NCBI GenBank assembly: GCA_023213395.1
Contig: CM041465.1
Span: 119,357,741-119,421,740, forward strand
DNA from: Cycas panzhihuaensis
Taxonomy: Eukaryota; Plantae; Cycadophyta
Length of the DNA: 64,000 nucleotides
Direction: 5' to 3'
Every line of letters starts with the position of its first letter. Position 1 is the first letter of the stretch. A program made the position numbers and the translations under genes. Below are positions 1 through 14,783 of this stretch, piece after piece. Below the pieces are notes generated by a model that saw nothing but the letters and a program-made list of their open reading frames with translations, was not told where the DNA came from and did not search any database.

Positions 1-3000
1 GACTTGGACAAGTGCCATGGTTTAAATCGAAGCCCCTTGTCAGAGAAAGACTTTCCAGTGAACCTATTTTTTAACCTTATCAAGGGATGATAGAGGAATT
101 AGGTAGATGTTAAATAGGATTTTTGTTTGAAGAATTATAAGTTTATTCTTAAAGACATTATGAGTATTTTTTAAACTAGTCAAATCCCAAACCTATTATT
201 CCCTTTAACTTGAAATGGTAGAGAGGCTAGAATTGGAATTTTTCTAAAGAATTTGTGACATAGTCCACCTCCCATATATAAATTTCTTTTACCCTCTCTT
301 GAACTTATCAACATCAAAGAATAACATTTAATTAATTATGTTAAGGATCATATAGAGCAATAAATTAATGTTGTAGTTCTTAATTTAAAAGTGGATTAAA
401 TATGACAGTTAAGTAGATAAGTTATAGTAGTTCAACCTCTCTTACAATGATTTGTATTTATATGCTATAATGATTTACGTATTAGGACCATTTAATAACA
501 ATATAATGTGAGATTTTTCTCAAGCATTCTTCTAAATGTGTGCATTCTAACTTTCATAAAATTTTAATATCAAAGTATCAACATTATGGTATTCTAATAT
601 TAGAGTTTGAGTCAAACTAAGACATTTCCATGCTTGGAGCTCAAGATGGCACTTCTTAAAACCAAGACTAATGAGAAGCATGCCTAGTGAAGATTCTTGA
701 AACCCTTATTAATATGATAAGAAGTTACCATGAATATGTGGAGGTATCCCAAAACAAAGAAATTAAAAAGAATGTAGAAACCCAACAAGAGAGCCATGAG
801 ATTTTAAATTATTAAAAGCCATTATTCTCCATCAGGAGTTTAATAGTGTTTAACTCAACAAAGAAGACTCATGTTAGGTCAAATAGAGCTAAGTAGTACT
901 AGCATAAGTGAGTTGAATGGCATGTGGGGAAGGACTATAGAAGAATGTCATACCAATGCATTGAAGCAATTATTGCATACACAAGGAAAGGTAAAGAAAA
1001 AAGGGCTTGGTGAGGTAAGCTCAAGAGAAAATACACATAATGTATCATGGGAGCTTGGTGTGTATATCTTCATTAATCATTCATTTTACAATATTTTTGA
1101 GCTTTCAAGAGGCAAATTTACTAAAGTTTCAATTATTTGACATTGAGAATGAGTACAAGATTAATGGTTTTGGAAACTATTTAATGGATATTGCTTCTTA
1201 ATAAATTCTAGTAAGTCTCATTTTAATTTTGTCGTATAATGGTCTCCATATGATAATTAATGAGAAGATGGGCTAAAATTCATTATTTTCTTTGAGTTAA
1301 AGGTATCTAAGAAAGGCAAATCAAGAAAATTAGCATTTGAATGAATTGTCTTAAAGATTTCTCAACTTTATATAGCCTATTGCACTAAATTGAGTTAAAT
1401 TTTATATTTAGAATGTTATAGAAGGTGGTGTGGTAAAAATAACCTTTTATTACTTATTGTAAGAATGTGTAGAAATGTTAGTCTAGAAAAATTTTGTATG
1501 TCTGTTTTGGTGTATTCTACTCAAAAGTACTATAAGGGAAGCTAATTTAGTTAGATTTTTAATAGGCTAAGCTTAACAAGGAGGAAGAAGGAAATTGAAC
1601 CCCATACTATAATGTAGTTATTTAATTAGGGTGGATTGTTGATAATTTCAAAAATAATTAGACCTTATAGCTATATTAATTGTGTTTCTTCCAAGGTTTG
1701 AGAAGCAATGTGGATACTAATTTTTCCATGTTGTCATTCAAGCTATGATGATCCTAATTTTCTATGTTTTTGGCCTTTAAGAGCCTTTTGGAAACTCCAT
1801 GTCTACTAGTTATGTTATTGTCAATTGCATAAATTATGTTGATAGTGATATGCATCCTTTTTTTTTGGAGTGTGAGGTAAGCTCACTCAATTAGGAGCAT
1901 GTTATGATTAATGTACATGTTGTATTAAATTTTCATGTGATGTTTATAGAAAGAGGAGCAAACTACCAATCCCTTGTCACAAAGAGTCCCCCTCCATCAA
2001 CTTATGAATGTGATTTTGCATTTAGCTATAGTTTTCGTTAATAAGGGTTATCATCCTCCTAAAACTTGTAAATCCTTGATGATGCTATAGTGGTGTTTGA
2101 CAAGATTATGGTCCATACTAATGTGAATGATAATCCAATAATATTAAAAATGGTTAAAAGTTACATTAGCACAAAATTTACTAGATAGCTTGGAAATATA
2201 AATAGTTAAAGAATAGATTATGTGAGAAGGCAGCAATGATGAGAAGAACAAGAGGGACATTCAAAATTATCTAGCAAGAAGATAATGAGAAGTGAAGACT
2301 AGTGGATTTATTCTAGATAATATTTCATCTAAAGTTCAAATTTTTTTAAGTTCTATTGACTAATGCTGAAGTAAATTGATGTTTTGGTAGTTGAACATGT
2401 ATTTTTTAATAACCTTACAGTCATTGAGGGTTCTATAAACCTCATACTTATGGCTTGATGATTGTATAATGTTTCTTGTTTCAATGATAGGTCAAAGTCT
2501 TATTTGTTAACCTGTAAATATGAAAAAGTTGGAAAAGCTTTCCACAAATATGGAAGCACTAAGAAAATGCCTATCATAGAGGTGGAAGAAGTAAAAACAA
2601 ATATCTTTTAGAAGGGAAAAAAGTTATATAAGTTGAAAATAAATTCAATTCAACTGTAGAATTTATAGTACAATGACTATGAGAAAGGTATGAATCTATA
2701 TATAATATTTTTGTGTAATGAATGTTGACCAAAGGATGTTATAAATATTTTTACCAAAATAAAGCTCTAATATATGATGCAAAGGAACTTAGTCATCTTC
2801 TTAATGACTAGTTATTAATTATAAGCCTAGACAACTAATTTCTCCTATTTTGTCACCTAGGGTATTGTATTATAGGTTTGATTACAAATTGGTTAAAGAC
2901 AATGAAGCATAACTTTCCAAAGTACCTCTTGCACAATAACTCTTTAGTAGATCAAAGAGTATAAGGTAATGCTTTAGAACATCCAACTTTAGTATAAAAG

Positions 3001-3329
3001 AGTAAACAAAATGTAGAAATGAACATACATTCGAATACCAAATAGGCACCAAAATATACAATATCAGGATCTCTTGATATTATTTCAATATAATAGATCA
3101 TATACATTTCTTGGGCCTTAAATAGGTAATGATGGCCACTTTACATAAAATTTTATTAAAGGGAGAAGTGGCTTGTAATCCTATTGGTGGGCTAAATGGC
3201 CTAAGCATAAAATATTAACCATCACTAATCATTTGGTTGCTTGATCACATGTGTTAACAATCACTCTCCATAATTAACAAGCAATTATGTAATAGGTCCT
3301 CTCCCCTTAGATGTTGAGTCCATGAAGTG

Positions 3330-6300
3330 ATGAAGATAGAAATATTGATTGACAAACTTTATTAATTCCCAGGTTGCCTCCTCTAGATCATAATTGACCC
3401 ACTATACCAAATACTCAAAGATGGTCTAATTATGTAGATGAAGTTATCTTCTAGCTAAGATTTGATATGGAGGGACCCTAAGAACCTATTATTCATCTAG
3501 AATAAGTAGGGTAGTCTAGGGAACAACCTTTTTTTGAAGATACTTTTTTAAATAAGGGACATAAAAAGCATTGTGTATTTTGATATTAGTTAGAAGTTTA
3601 AAGGTAGAAGCAACTAGTCTAATTCTTTCAAGAACTTTATCAGGGTTATACTAGTGAGGGCTAACCTTATGATTTTTATTATTATGAAGGGATTAATGCT
3701 TGTACAGTTAAAGTCTAAGGAATACCATGTCACCTATTATAAACTCTTGGTTAGAACAATGGCAATTGGCTAATTTGATTTTAGGTTAAAGCTAGGTTCT
3801 ACTTAAGGGTATGTAAGATTTGATCTATATCTTCTAATTTTTGTTAAACAATGGTTGTTTAGAGGTTAGTTGATAGGGTGTGATGGGAAGGTGGGGGGTA
3901 ACTATATAAAGCCATAAAAAAAGACATTCTAATAGAAAAGTTATGGGAGAAGTTATACGAGTACTCAGTAAGTGTAAGCTAGGATGATAGTTTGCTCTAA
4001 TTTTTTAAGGCAAAGTAGTGGAGATATGTTTCTAAAGTTTTATTGAGAACCTTAAATTTCCTATTAGTTTGAGGATGATTAGACAAGCCCATGTTAAATA
4101 AGATCCCTGTGGCATGAAATTTTTTTTACCAGAATGAGCTAGTAAATTTAGGATCTCAATCATATAGAATTATTAAAGGGAATCCATGAAAGCAAAAGAT
4201 AGATTAAATATATGTGTTGGTAAGGCAAATAACCTTATAAGAGGTATGTATCAGTAGAAACTAAGTGTGCTTTGTTATCCTATTAATGATGACCCAAATG
4301 GAGTCAAACCCAATAGATAATTAAAGGCATGTGATAAAGTCCATAGTAATGTCTTATCATTTTTTGTGGAGAATATATAAGGGTTGAAGCAACCCTAATC
4401 GATCCCTTATATCGATTTTATTTTATTACCATATAAGGCATTATGTTACAAATGTAAGGATTATCATATTCATACATAGCCAATAAAACTTAGAGTGAAT
4501 AGGTCAACACATTTTATCAAAACTTAAGTGGCTTTAATAGAGGAGTAGTGGTATTTGGATAAGATTTGGGAAATAAAAAGGGAAGTAGGATGAACAAAAA
4601 TATGATTTTTATACATCAAGAGGCCATTTTGAAAATACTAGTCCTTTTGGATGAGGAGTTTTGCTGGCCATTGGACACAATCTAGTTTAGACTAGTTAGC
4701 AGTTAGCAAGTCTATAATCCATATGGGTTTAGGTTAGGAGATTGCCTAAATCGCAGGCTCAAGGGATAGGCATGAGAAGGCATTATCAACAACATTGTCC
4801 TTCCCCTTTTTATACATTATAGTAAATTCAAATGCCTATAGGCAATTAAGCCACTTAGCATATTCCTTTGATAGGACTAGTTAATCAAGGAGAGTCTAAA
4901 GGCTCTAATGATTTATAAGAATAGTGGATGTCGACCTAAAGAGATATTGTCACCACTTGTTGACTACATGTAGGATGGCCTTCATCTCCTTTTGGTACAT
5001 AGATAAATAATATTTATGGTCCTTTAGCTTATGGATTTTGAAGGTAATCATATGGAAGTTTTATATAAGTATGGGTCTTAATTTAAATCCTGAGGTGTCA
5101 CACTCTAATTAGAATGGTAAAGGGAAATTCAAAGTGGCAAGAATTAGGGTTGAGGTCATAATGGCTTTAAGGTGATTGAATACATCCTCAAAAACTAAGG
5201 ACCATTAAAAGGATTTTTTAGGGAGCAAATTGGTTAGCAGGCCAACAATAGAGGTATAATTATAGATGAACCATTGGTAAAACCCCTTAAGACTGAGGAA
5301 AGCATAAATGTATATTAAGTTTTTTAGTGTAGACCATGCCATAATAATGGATATTTTGTTTAGGTCAACTCAAACACCCTTTATTAAGATGAAATGCCCT
5401 AGGTGTTGTAACTCTGTCTTACTAAATTTACACTTCGATAGCTTGGTATAGATTTTTTATTGAGCAAGTATTTAGAGAACTTTTTCCAAATGCTCAAGAT
5501 TTAGAGGTAGGCAAAAGTTATAGATAAGTATATCATTAAAAATAACAATTATAGATTTACATAGGTATAGGATAAATATCCAATTCATGAGAGATTGAAA
5601 AGTTGTAGGGGCATTATAAAGACTAAAAATAATAACTTGGAACTCAAAGTGGATATGATATCTATAAAATATTATTTTATGGCAATCTTTAGGGGCAATA
5701 AGTATTTCATAATAGCTTGATTGAAGGCCAAGTTTAGAAAATATAATTACACCATAAATTTCATCAAGCATATCATCAATCCTAGGTGTTGGGAATTTAT
5801 TTTTAATTACAATCTTATTAAGTTCCCTATAGCCTATACATAAGCAAAAGGAACCATCTTTTTTCTAAACTAGAACAATTAGAGTTACACAAGGACTCTT
5901 ATTAGGTTGTATAACTCCCATGTCCATAAGTTTAGTGGGTATCCTTTTAATCCCATTCTTTTGAAAATACAAGTTCCAATATGGTCTTAAGCTAATTACA
6001 TCATTAAGGTATTTAAGCTCAATTGAGTGGTAAAATCTGTGATTTAGGGGAGTGGTGGTAGGGATGGGTGTAAAGATAGATTGGTATTTGGTGATTAGAT
6101 TTTAGATATCAAAATTGGTTGTGCCATGCACTTCAATATTATTGATATAAACTATATAATATACATTGTTATTTAAATGTCATCATATTCTACTAAGAGA
6201 AATAAGCTTGTTAAAGGGATTTTATATCCCATAGAGTTTATGTATTTGCCTATGATTATCTTTAAATAATATGAATAGTTTATTTATAAAATGATTTATG

Positions 6301-6545
6301 TTATGTGTACCTAGTATTTGGAGCCATTAAACTCTAAGATGGTGTCGAACCCACCTAAAGATAAGGTATAAATATCTGAGGTTAGAGTGTATGAGCTCAT
6401 TTGAATTTGTAGGTTCTTTATTGTACCTGCACAATGGAGGAAAGATAACTAGGTAGGGGATAAGTAAATCCAACTTTGGATATGATATATAAATTAAGTT
6501 ATTGAAACAAGGATATATCAATAAAGTTTAGTATCATACCATTAT
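3330..6545 (-). pseudogene. Gypsy pol remnant of A (PR end, RT, RNase H, integrase, chromodomain)
   Basis: ORF 5472-5771 has RT motifs (FSKLGLQSSYYEI, NAPTTFQSLMN, IVIFNDILIY). Minus-strand EYLV*WVNYDLEEATWE near 3370-3420 is a chromodomain. Many stops. Confidence 0.85.
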
Positions 6546-6551
6546 TGATTA

Positions 6552-6879
6552 TATAAGAATTTGAAATTTCACTCTAATACCATATTAGAATATTTTCATT
6601 ATCACAATAGAAGCATATTAAAGATGTATAATATAATAAATATATTATAAATATATATACACAAATCATGTATTGTAAGATTAATGCATAAAGTAATAAC
6701 ATGAAATATAAAGTATAAACATAACAAAACATCAATGAGCATGTACCATAAAAGAGAAAATGGATTTATATATAGAAAACCTAATGTGAAAAAATCACAA
6801 GAAGAGGTTAGAGTTAGGAGCTCCTCTTTATGATATTAAATGATTACATCTCAAATCAATGATATTTCTTAACTAGTAT

Positions 6880-6933
<54 letters not shown>

Positions 6934-9900
6934 TGACATCTCACCAATAGCCTATAATATTTCTTGAGCCTTTTCATCATCCAATAGGATGTGTATATGA
7001 ATAATTGTATGTATCACCTTTTTCAATACATTTAATAAGTGAAATTTTATAGGGGTCCATAATAGTACATTAAATATTAGATATGTGATAATATCACATG
7101 TTCTAACACTTATTTTAACACTCCCCCTTAATGTTTAATGTCTTCAATTCTTCAAATCTCCAAGTCTTTATCCTTAGTTTTTTTTATTTTCATATTTTTC
7201 TTGTATGTTAAAATCTATAAACTTGTAACTTATATCAATCTATATTAATCTTAATTAAGTTTTATCACCTATAATATGTAATCTAGCAATATCATGCTTA
7301 TTTCGTGTAAATAATTAATATATAACTAAATATAGTAAATTGTAATCATCAGTGACTAACTATGATCATCCACATATAAAATACCTATAAACTAATTATT
7401 AATCAATAAATCACAATTTTATAACTTCCACTTGTCATATTTATATGAAGTTTTCTCTTCAATAACTTCATATCTTCACTTATAAAGCTATGATTAATTA
7501 CCAACACTATCAATATATCATCTTAACAATCTTCCAAATAAAATAGTTATTAATGTCCATGTAAAATAACAACCATCTACTATAATATATGGGTGACCAA
7601 CTATTGTAATTCATAGTTCTCTAGGATGTGTTTCTTATGCATAGTTCATTAACAAACATAAATAACACTATCTATTAGGCAAAATATTATTATAATATTA
7701 GTATAAAATCTCTTACCTTTTATATATGAAAATAATAACACAATGTATATATTGTATAAAAGTAATTTCATTCATCTTGCCTCTTGCATAGGAGCAAATA
7801 ACTTGTGTGCTACATTCATCCACACTTCTATACACATGTTTTATAGTTTTCTTTTAACAATCAATAAATAACTCATTAACATCAATTAATAAATTGAAGA
7901 TACTAAATCTAAAAATAAGGTGTACCACTTGATAAAGTTAACTATAATAAAGTAATATAAATAGTGTATTCCCATGCCTCTTCCCATACATGATAAGTTA
8001 AATTTTCTACTAACAAACATATATCATATATCAGTTGGATAATCTCAATAATTGAATCAGTATGTCAAGTAATTAATATATAAGACTTCTTCTCTATGTC
8101 TTATAAATAAGTAAAAAATATTAATATCAACTTTTTAACATTAACTGCAAATAAGCTAGGCCCTTTATTAATATGAAATAGGTTGTGTCATCATTCATTA
8201 TGTGTGTAACAAACTAGGTGATCATTGCATTTGACTAATGTTATACACCCATTAAATCAAATATAATAAATACCAAAGGGAATTTTCATCATGTCTAACA
8301 TATATAGGATACCCACACTAATTTTCACATTAATATATCCCATAACTCGAATTTTTTATCAGTTTTGAGTCTTGAACTATTATTAATAAACCTTCATTAT
8401 ATCATTTTTAAATGAAAATTATTTTTTCTTTCATTTACTATCATCAATATCATCATCATATACTCAAGCACCTTTAAAAATATCAAAAAATGCCAAAATA
8501 GATTTTAAACTATTTAAAAAATGTATCTTTTATGAAATTAAAATTATTTTACTCAACTTTACCTATTAAAATCCCTATCACTTAATCTTTAAAATATGTC
8601 TTACAACCACTCATTTTGATCATCTGAAAATTCTCTTTCCAATGTAATTGATGACTCAAAAAATAAATACTCTATTGAAAAGTTACGCTAAAAATATAAT
8701 TAATATGTCAAGAAAAAATATACATTACTTCAGAAATATTGATTAACCCATTTTGGAATGGGTTGTTGTTTACATTAGTTCCCCCTCCTAACCAATTACT
8801 AATGGCTTAGGGGCTTACTAGTAAACTTCATAAAAAAATTTAAATTTGATTAAATATATCAACATCATGTATGCTTAATAACACATACATTTTTATTTTA
8901 CTACATATCAACTAATATAAGCATATTATCTATTTTATATTATTAACGGATACTAAGTCTTCATAACAATCTATTGATTTTATTGTTGTTAATTATGAGA
9001 TTAAGCGAAATGGCTAGTTTCATAGATTCTCAATCACTTCTATAGGAGGCTAGCCTATATTGGTGAATACAACTGGCAATAGTTCTTCTCATTACATCTG
9101 GTAGACTCCTTTAACACCTACATGCTTCTAGAATACTAGTGCTTATATGCTTAAAATAAATGTCCATAATAAATTTAATAAATAGCATATCATTAGTTTA
9201 TTATATTCAATATTTATATGTGACTTCATCATTATTTATATATGTCTTCAATCGACTTCATCTTGCCTTAAGATCTTGGTCATAAGCCACTTGCATAATT
9301 GGCATCATCAAGTTTTTAACTCATCAAAACATACCTCAAATTGGTTCTTATACTAACTTGTATTAGCTCAATTGGTTTATAACTTGTCTCCACAAGATCT
9401 TTCACAACATGGCTCTAATATTATGTAAGAATTTAGAATTTCACTTTAATAGCTTATTGGAATGTAGTCATAATATGTAGTAAAAATATATCAAAAATGT
9501 ATAATATAACAAATAGATCATAAGGATATATATACATAATTTATATATTATAAGATTAATATATAAAGTAATAACATAAAATATAAAGTATAAACATAAT
9601 AAAATATCAATGAGCATGCACCTAAGAGAGACAACAAATCTATACATAGAAACCTAATGTGAAAACCCATGGGAGAAGGTTAATATTAGGAGCTCCTCTT
9701 TATGATATCAAATGATTATATCTCGAAGTCAACAACCTTTCTTAAATTCTCAAGCAGGGTATATGCATAGTTATAAAATATGTCACTTCATAAATAGCTT
9801 ATAATATCTCTTAGCCTTTTCATCATCTAATAGGATATGTATATGAATAATTATATATGCCATATCTCTCAATACTTTTGGTAAGTGGGATTTTATATGG

Positions 9901-9966
9901 GTCTATAATAATACATTAGACATTAGATACGTGATGATATCACATGTTTCAATACTTATTCTAATA
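6552..9966 (-). mobile_element. Element B: internally deleted, degenerate Ty1/Copia
   Basis: LTRs 6552-7120 and 9424-9966. PPT 7121-7130. PBS remnant 9411-9423. TSD GATTA/GTTTA. RT/RH remnants ~7200-8200. Confidence 0.8.
6882..6931 (+). repeat. (AG)25 microsatellite in the left LTR of B
   Basis: Perfect AG run, absent from the partner LTR. Confidence 0.95.
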
Positions 9967-10859
9967 GTTTAAGAGAGTGATAAGTATTCATCTAAGTATT
10001 CCTTTAACCCAAATAAATTATGAACATAACATAGAAGAGACAACGCAGGAATAGATCTTCAAGTGGTATCTCATCAACATCTTAGTTAGGCTCATCATGG
10101 TTAGTATTAGATTCATCTTCTAAATCAACATCAATAGTAAATGCTATTCTTTTTGCTTTACATACTCTACTATAAACAAGGATCTATTTCTCTAAGAATT
10201 TCATACAGAGACCAAATTTCATCCTTCTATTTATTCCATCAAGAGGAGCAAGGACTAAATTTGAAGAAGGTGTAATTATGGATTATTGTTACTAGTTGAA
10301 CTCTCATGAATGTGGTCATTATTCTACAAATTATAGGTGTAAAGAATAGGTATCATGTACAATATTAACAGGAACTAAAAACTCAGTATACATAGTGATT
10401 AAATGATATTACATAGGTACACGTTATTGACAGGTAGAAACCCCTTCTGGGGAAGAAAAAATACCTCTTAAAAATAATTTTATTGATTAAAACCTTTACA
10501 TATCTATGACAATTAGACCTGAACATGAAAACTACCTACATACCAAATAAAAAATAAAACCAGCCTTAAAATAGGCTTAATACAACCTGGCAACGTCCTC
10601 TAGATAGTGTCCTAGATTCTAAGAAGAGCTTTTTAAGGAGTAAGAGGTTCGTTGAAAAGGGCAGTTGCTCATTTCAATGAACTTACATGATTAACAATTA
10701 TTAAATATTAATTTTATAAAATTGACTTTAGTAACTTATATTAACATGTGACATAAAGCTAATATTAATATTTCTAGCATTCCCCTTTAATGTTAGCTTT
10801 TATATAATAGAAGATAAAGAAGGTCTTCATCATGTTGATCCCCCTTTGATAGAGACTTC

Positions 10860-13800
10860 TTTTATCTTTAATAAATCTTGTAGGTTTAAAAACTTGACTT
10901 CAGTCAATGATTTGGTAAGGATATCAACAATCTATAGATTTATGGGACAATACGATAAATGAATAATATTATCAATAATAAGATTACAAATTAAATGTTG
11001 ATGTAATTCTATATGTTTAGTTCTAGAATAAATAACTGGATTGGTAGAAATAGTAATAGCACCTTGATTATCGACTTTAAGTTCTATAGAAGAGTTAGGA
11101 AATAGACCAATTTCATTTAAAATAGATTTGATCCACAGTGCTTCTTTACTTACTTCAACAAGTACTCGATGTTCAGCTTCTGTAGTTGATAATGCTAGAG
11201 CTTGCATTTTTTTAGTAGACCAAGTAATAGGTAAGGAATCTAGGAAAAAAACATAACCAGCTGTTGATTTTCGATCATTGCAGTCTATTTCCCAATCTAA
11301 ATTAGTATATCTTATTAATGTTAGAGGATTATTATAAAAGTTATAGGTTAGGTCATAAAAAATAGTATTTTGTAGATATCTAAGAATACATTTAGCAACC
11401 TTCCAGTGTGATTCATGTGGTTTTTGCATATATCGCAAACATAGAGAAACAGCATAAGATATACCAGGTCGAGTATGTGTTAGATAAATTAGGCTGCTAA
11501 TAAGCTGCCTATATAATATTGGATCATAAAGTGGTGTAGAATAATCAGTAGATAACTTAACTCTTGATTATAAGGGATTAGAAGTAAGTTTAACATTTTC
11601 CATGTTAAACCTTTTGATTAAGTCTATAATGTATTTTGGTTGAGATATAGTTATTTTTTAATCATATTAGTAAATTTATAATCCAAGAAAATAGTGCAAA
11701 AGACCTAAGTCGGTCATTTCAAATTTATTCATCAAGATTTATTTTAGTTAATGAATATTATTAGTAAAAGATCCTATAATAATAATATCATCAACATATA
11801 GAATTAATATGGTAATATTCTTATCTTCACATCTAAAATAGAGATTTAGATCACTAATACATTTAATGTATCCATTTTGAGTAAGATAATCATCTACTTT
11901 TTTGTACCAAGCTCAAGGAGCTTGTTTCAACATGTAAATTAATTTCTTTAGTTTATAGACTAAGTTAGAATTGTCAATAAAGGCAAGAGGTTGAGTTATA
12001 TAAATTTTTTCTTTGAGATCATCATTTAAAAAAGCATTCTTAACATCTATTTAATAGATTTTTTAACCAAATTTGGCTGTTAGAGTAATAACAGTTTTAA
12101 TAGTATTCATTTTTGTAATAGGTGCAAAGGTTTCATTATAATTGATACCATCAATTTGTGAGAAACCTTTTACAACTAAGCAAGCTTTATATTTTTCAAC
12201 AACTCCTAATGAATTAAATTTAGTTCAATAAACTCATTTACAATTAACTAGATTCTTTCCTAGCAGTAAAGTAACAAGATCCCAAGTTGAATTATTTTTT
12301 TAAGCATCTATTTCAACTTGCATGGTATGCTGCTATATGGGATTGCTACTAGCTTGTTTAAATGTTTTAGGATCATCATTTTCCATTATTTTGGCCATTA
12401 GTGCATAATTAGTTTGTAATTTTTGAGAACATATTTTCCTGGTATTTAAAGGATTGCCTACGTCAGATCCAACATCAGAAAGAGTTTTTTTTGCCCATAC
12501 AGGTTATTTGTTTATGACAGTTTCTGTAGTCATAGGTTAATAAGAAGAACTAAATTAAGATGAAGGATCTATTACAATTAGTTCAGATAGAGTCCTGTTC
12601 TAGACTTGTGTGGATAAGGATTTTATCATTTCAGAGTTAGTTTTTTTTTTTTGAGAGGTTAACCAAATAAGTATTAGTTAACAAATTCTCAATTGGGAGT
12701 TCTATGTAAGTAGAATTTGATGTAGATTCTTCTTCATCAAATATTACATCATTTAAGATCGAGATCTTATGCGTGATTGGATCTAGAAGTCTATAAGCTT
12801 TACTTTCTTCACTGTATCCAACAAAGATGCAATTTTTACTTTTAGGATCTAGTTTCTTATATTTTTCTTTGGGAATGTATCCCCGCATAATACTTCCAAA
12901 GATTCTAAGATGTTTAACTGAAGGCTTATGACCAAACCATTTATGTTCTTGCCTAACATTCTTTAAGGTCTTACCAAGTAGATGATTTATGAGATAGTTA
13001 GAGCAAACAATTACTTCTGCCCATAACTTTATATCAAGATTCTTTGCATGTAGCATGCATCGAGTTATTTCGACTAGAGTACAGTTTTTATATTTAGTAA
13101 CACCATTTTGTTGTGGAGTATAAGCAATGGAATGTTGAAATTAAATTCTATATTTCTTACAAAAGGAAGTAAACTTTCCACTTAGGTATTCTTTAGTATT
13201 GTCAGATCTAAAAATTTTAATTTTTGAGTTTGATTGATTTTTGATAAGTGTTTTGAATTTAGTAAAGATGTCAAATACTTAATTACAAGTCTTGAGTATA
13301 TACACTCAATGTTTTCTCAAAAAATCATCAGTAAATATGACAAGATAATGATTGCCAGAGTATAAAGTTATATGGAATGGTCCACATATATCAGAGTGAA
13401 AAAGTTCAAGTGGAAATTTCACTCTAAATTGGGTTTAATGTGGAAAGGGATCCATGTGTTGCTTACCTATTACACAGGCTTCGTAGATACCATAGACAGT
13501 ATTTAGAAGTGGAAGACCATGAACCATATCATGTCTTTTTAGATAGTGAAGTTTTCCATAGCTAGTATGGCCAAAGTGTGCATACCATAATTTATTGACT
13601 GGGTCAGATTTATCTATAAAGGTATTAAAGAACTTTGTTTTAGTATTTTGTAAACTAGTTAAGCTATAGAGACATGTTTTATGATCAACGGGTCCAGAGG
13701 CAATAGATTTGAATTTATCTTTTTAGAATTTGACAAGAAGATCTTTCTAACAGATTTGGTAAATAGAAAGAATATTTGGTAACAAACCAGCCACGTAGAA

Positions 13801-14783
13801 TATGTCCTTGATTGAACCATCTTTCAGAGTGACATCACCTGATCCTTTTTCTTTGAGTTAAGATTCACTCCCAAAAGAAATCTCTTCTTTAGAGTTAGTA
13901 TCAAATTGATAAGTAGATAAATTCTCCTAGTGTCATGTCATATGATAGGAAGCACCAGAGTCAAGAATCCATTGCAGTGATATACTAGATAGAGCAATGA
14001 AGGAAGAGATGGAAGTAGTTAAAGAATGATTATGTGATTGGGGTCAGGTTTAAATTCCCTTAGAATCTTTCCAAGCTTTTGAAGCTATTCTATTTCTATA
14101 GACATCAATGGTATGGCCTTTTTTGTGGCAATAAGCACAATTGATGTTCTGTAAAGGATTTATAGTGTTCTGATTTGGAATGAATTATTTAGAGGTATTC
14201 TGGTATCTTGGTGGTCCAAAATACTTAATATTATTTTGAGAAGTAGATGGTGGACCTCTGTGAGGTTTCTAAAACTTACGACTACTATTGTAATTATTTT
14301 GATATTTATTTTTATGTTGAGGTTTCAATTTTAAAAAGAAAGCCTGAGAAGGATCCTTTAATTTTCTAGTTTGAATCAACATTGTTTGGTATTCTATAAG
14401 TTGATTTGTCAACTGAATGAAGGTTATTAGTGGATTGCCAGCTTATTTTCTAGTAGTCTTAAAGAGATTAAAATGCTTTAGAAGTTTATTTATTGCTAAC
14501 CGAATGAGTGTATTGTCATCTTTGGCATGTATGACTTTTTCTTCTTTATCACCTACTTTTACTATAGATTTAATACAATTCCCTAGTTCTTTGTTAATAA
14601 GTTAAATTTTGGATAAGAAATCTTCAACTTTAGAAAAGTCATCATACTTGAAGTCATATAGTTGTTGTTCTATGACAGCTAATTATTGTGCATCAACCTT
14701 GTCATATTTCTCCTTAAGGATTTTCCAGATGGTGGCAAGATCATCTGTATCAGAAAATTGCTGACTAATGTCAGGTAAAAGAG
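10860..14783 (-). pseudogene. Copia C gag-pol remnant (gag C-terminal part, PR, INT, RT, RNase H)
   Basis: ORF 10932-11438 is RNase H (WSTKKMQALALSTTEAEH, DNQGAI, RTKHIE). ORF 12637-13056 is the integrase C-terminal region (KLDPKSKNCIFVGYSEESKAYRL). WILDSGAS protease motif near 13950-13975. The gag N-terminus lies at ~19565-19780, beyond insertion D. Confidence 0.9.
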
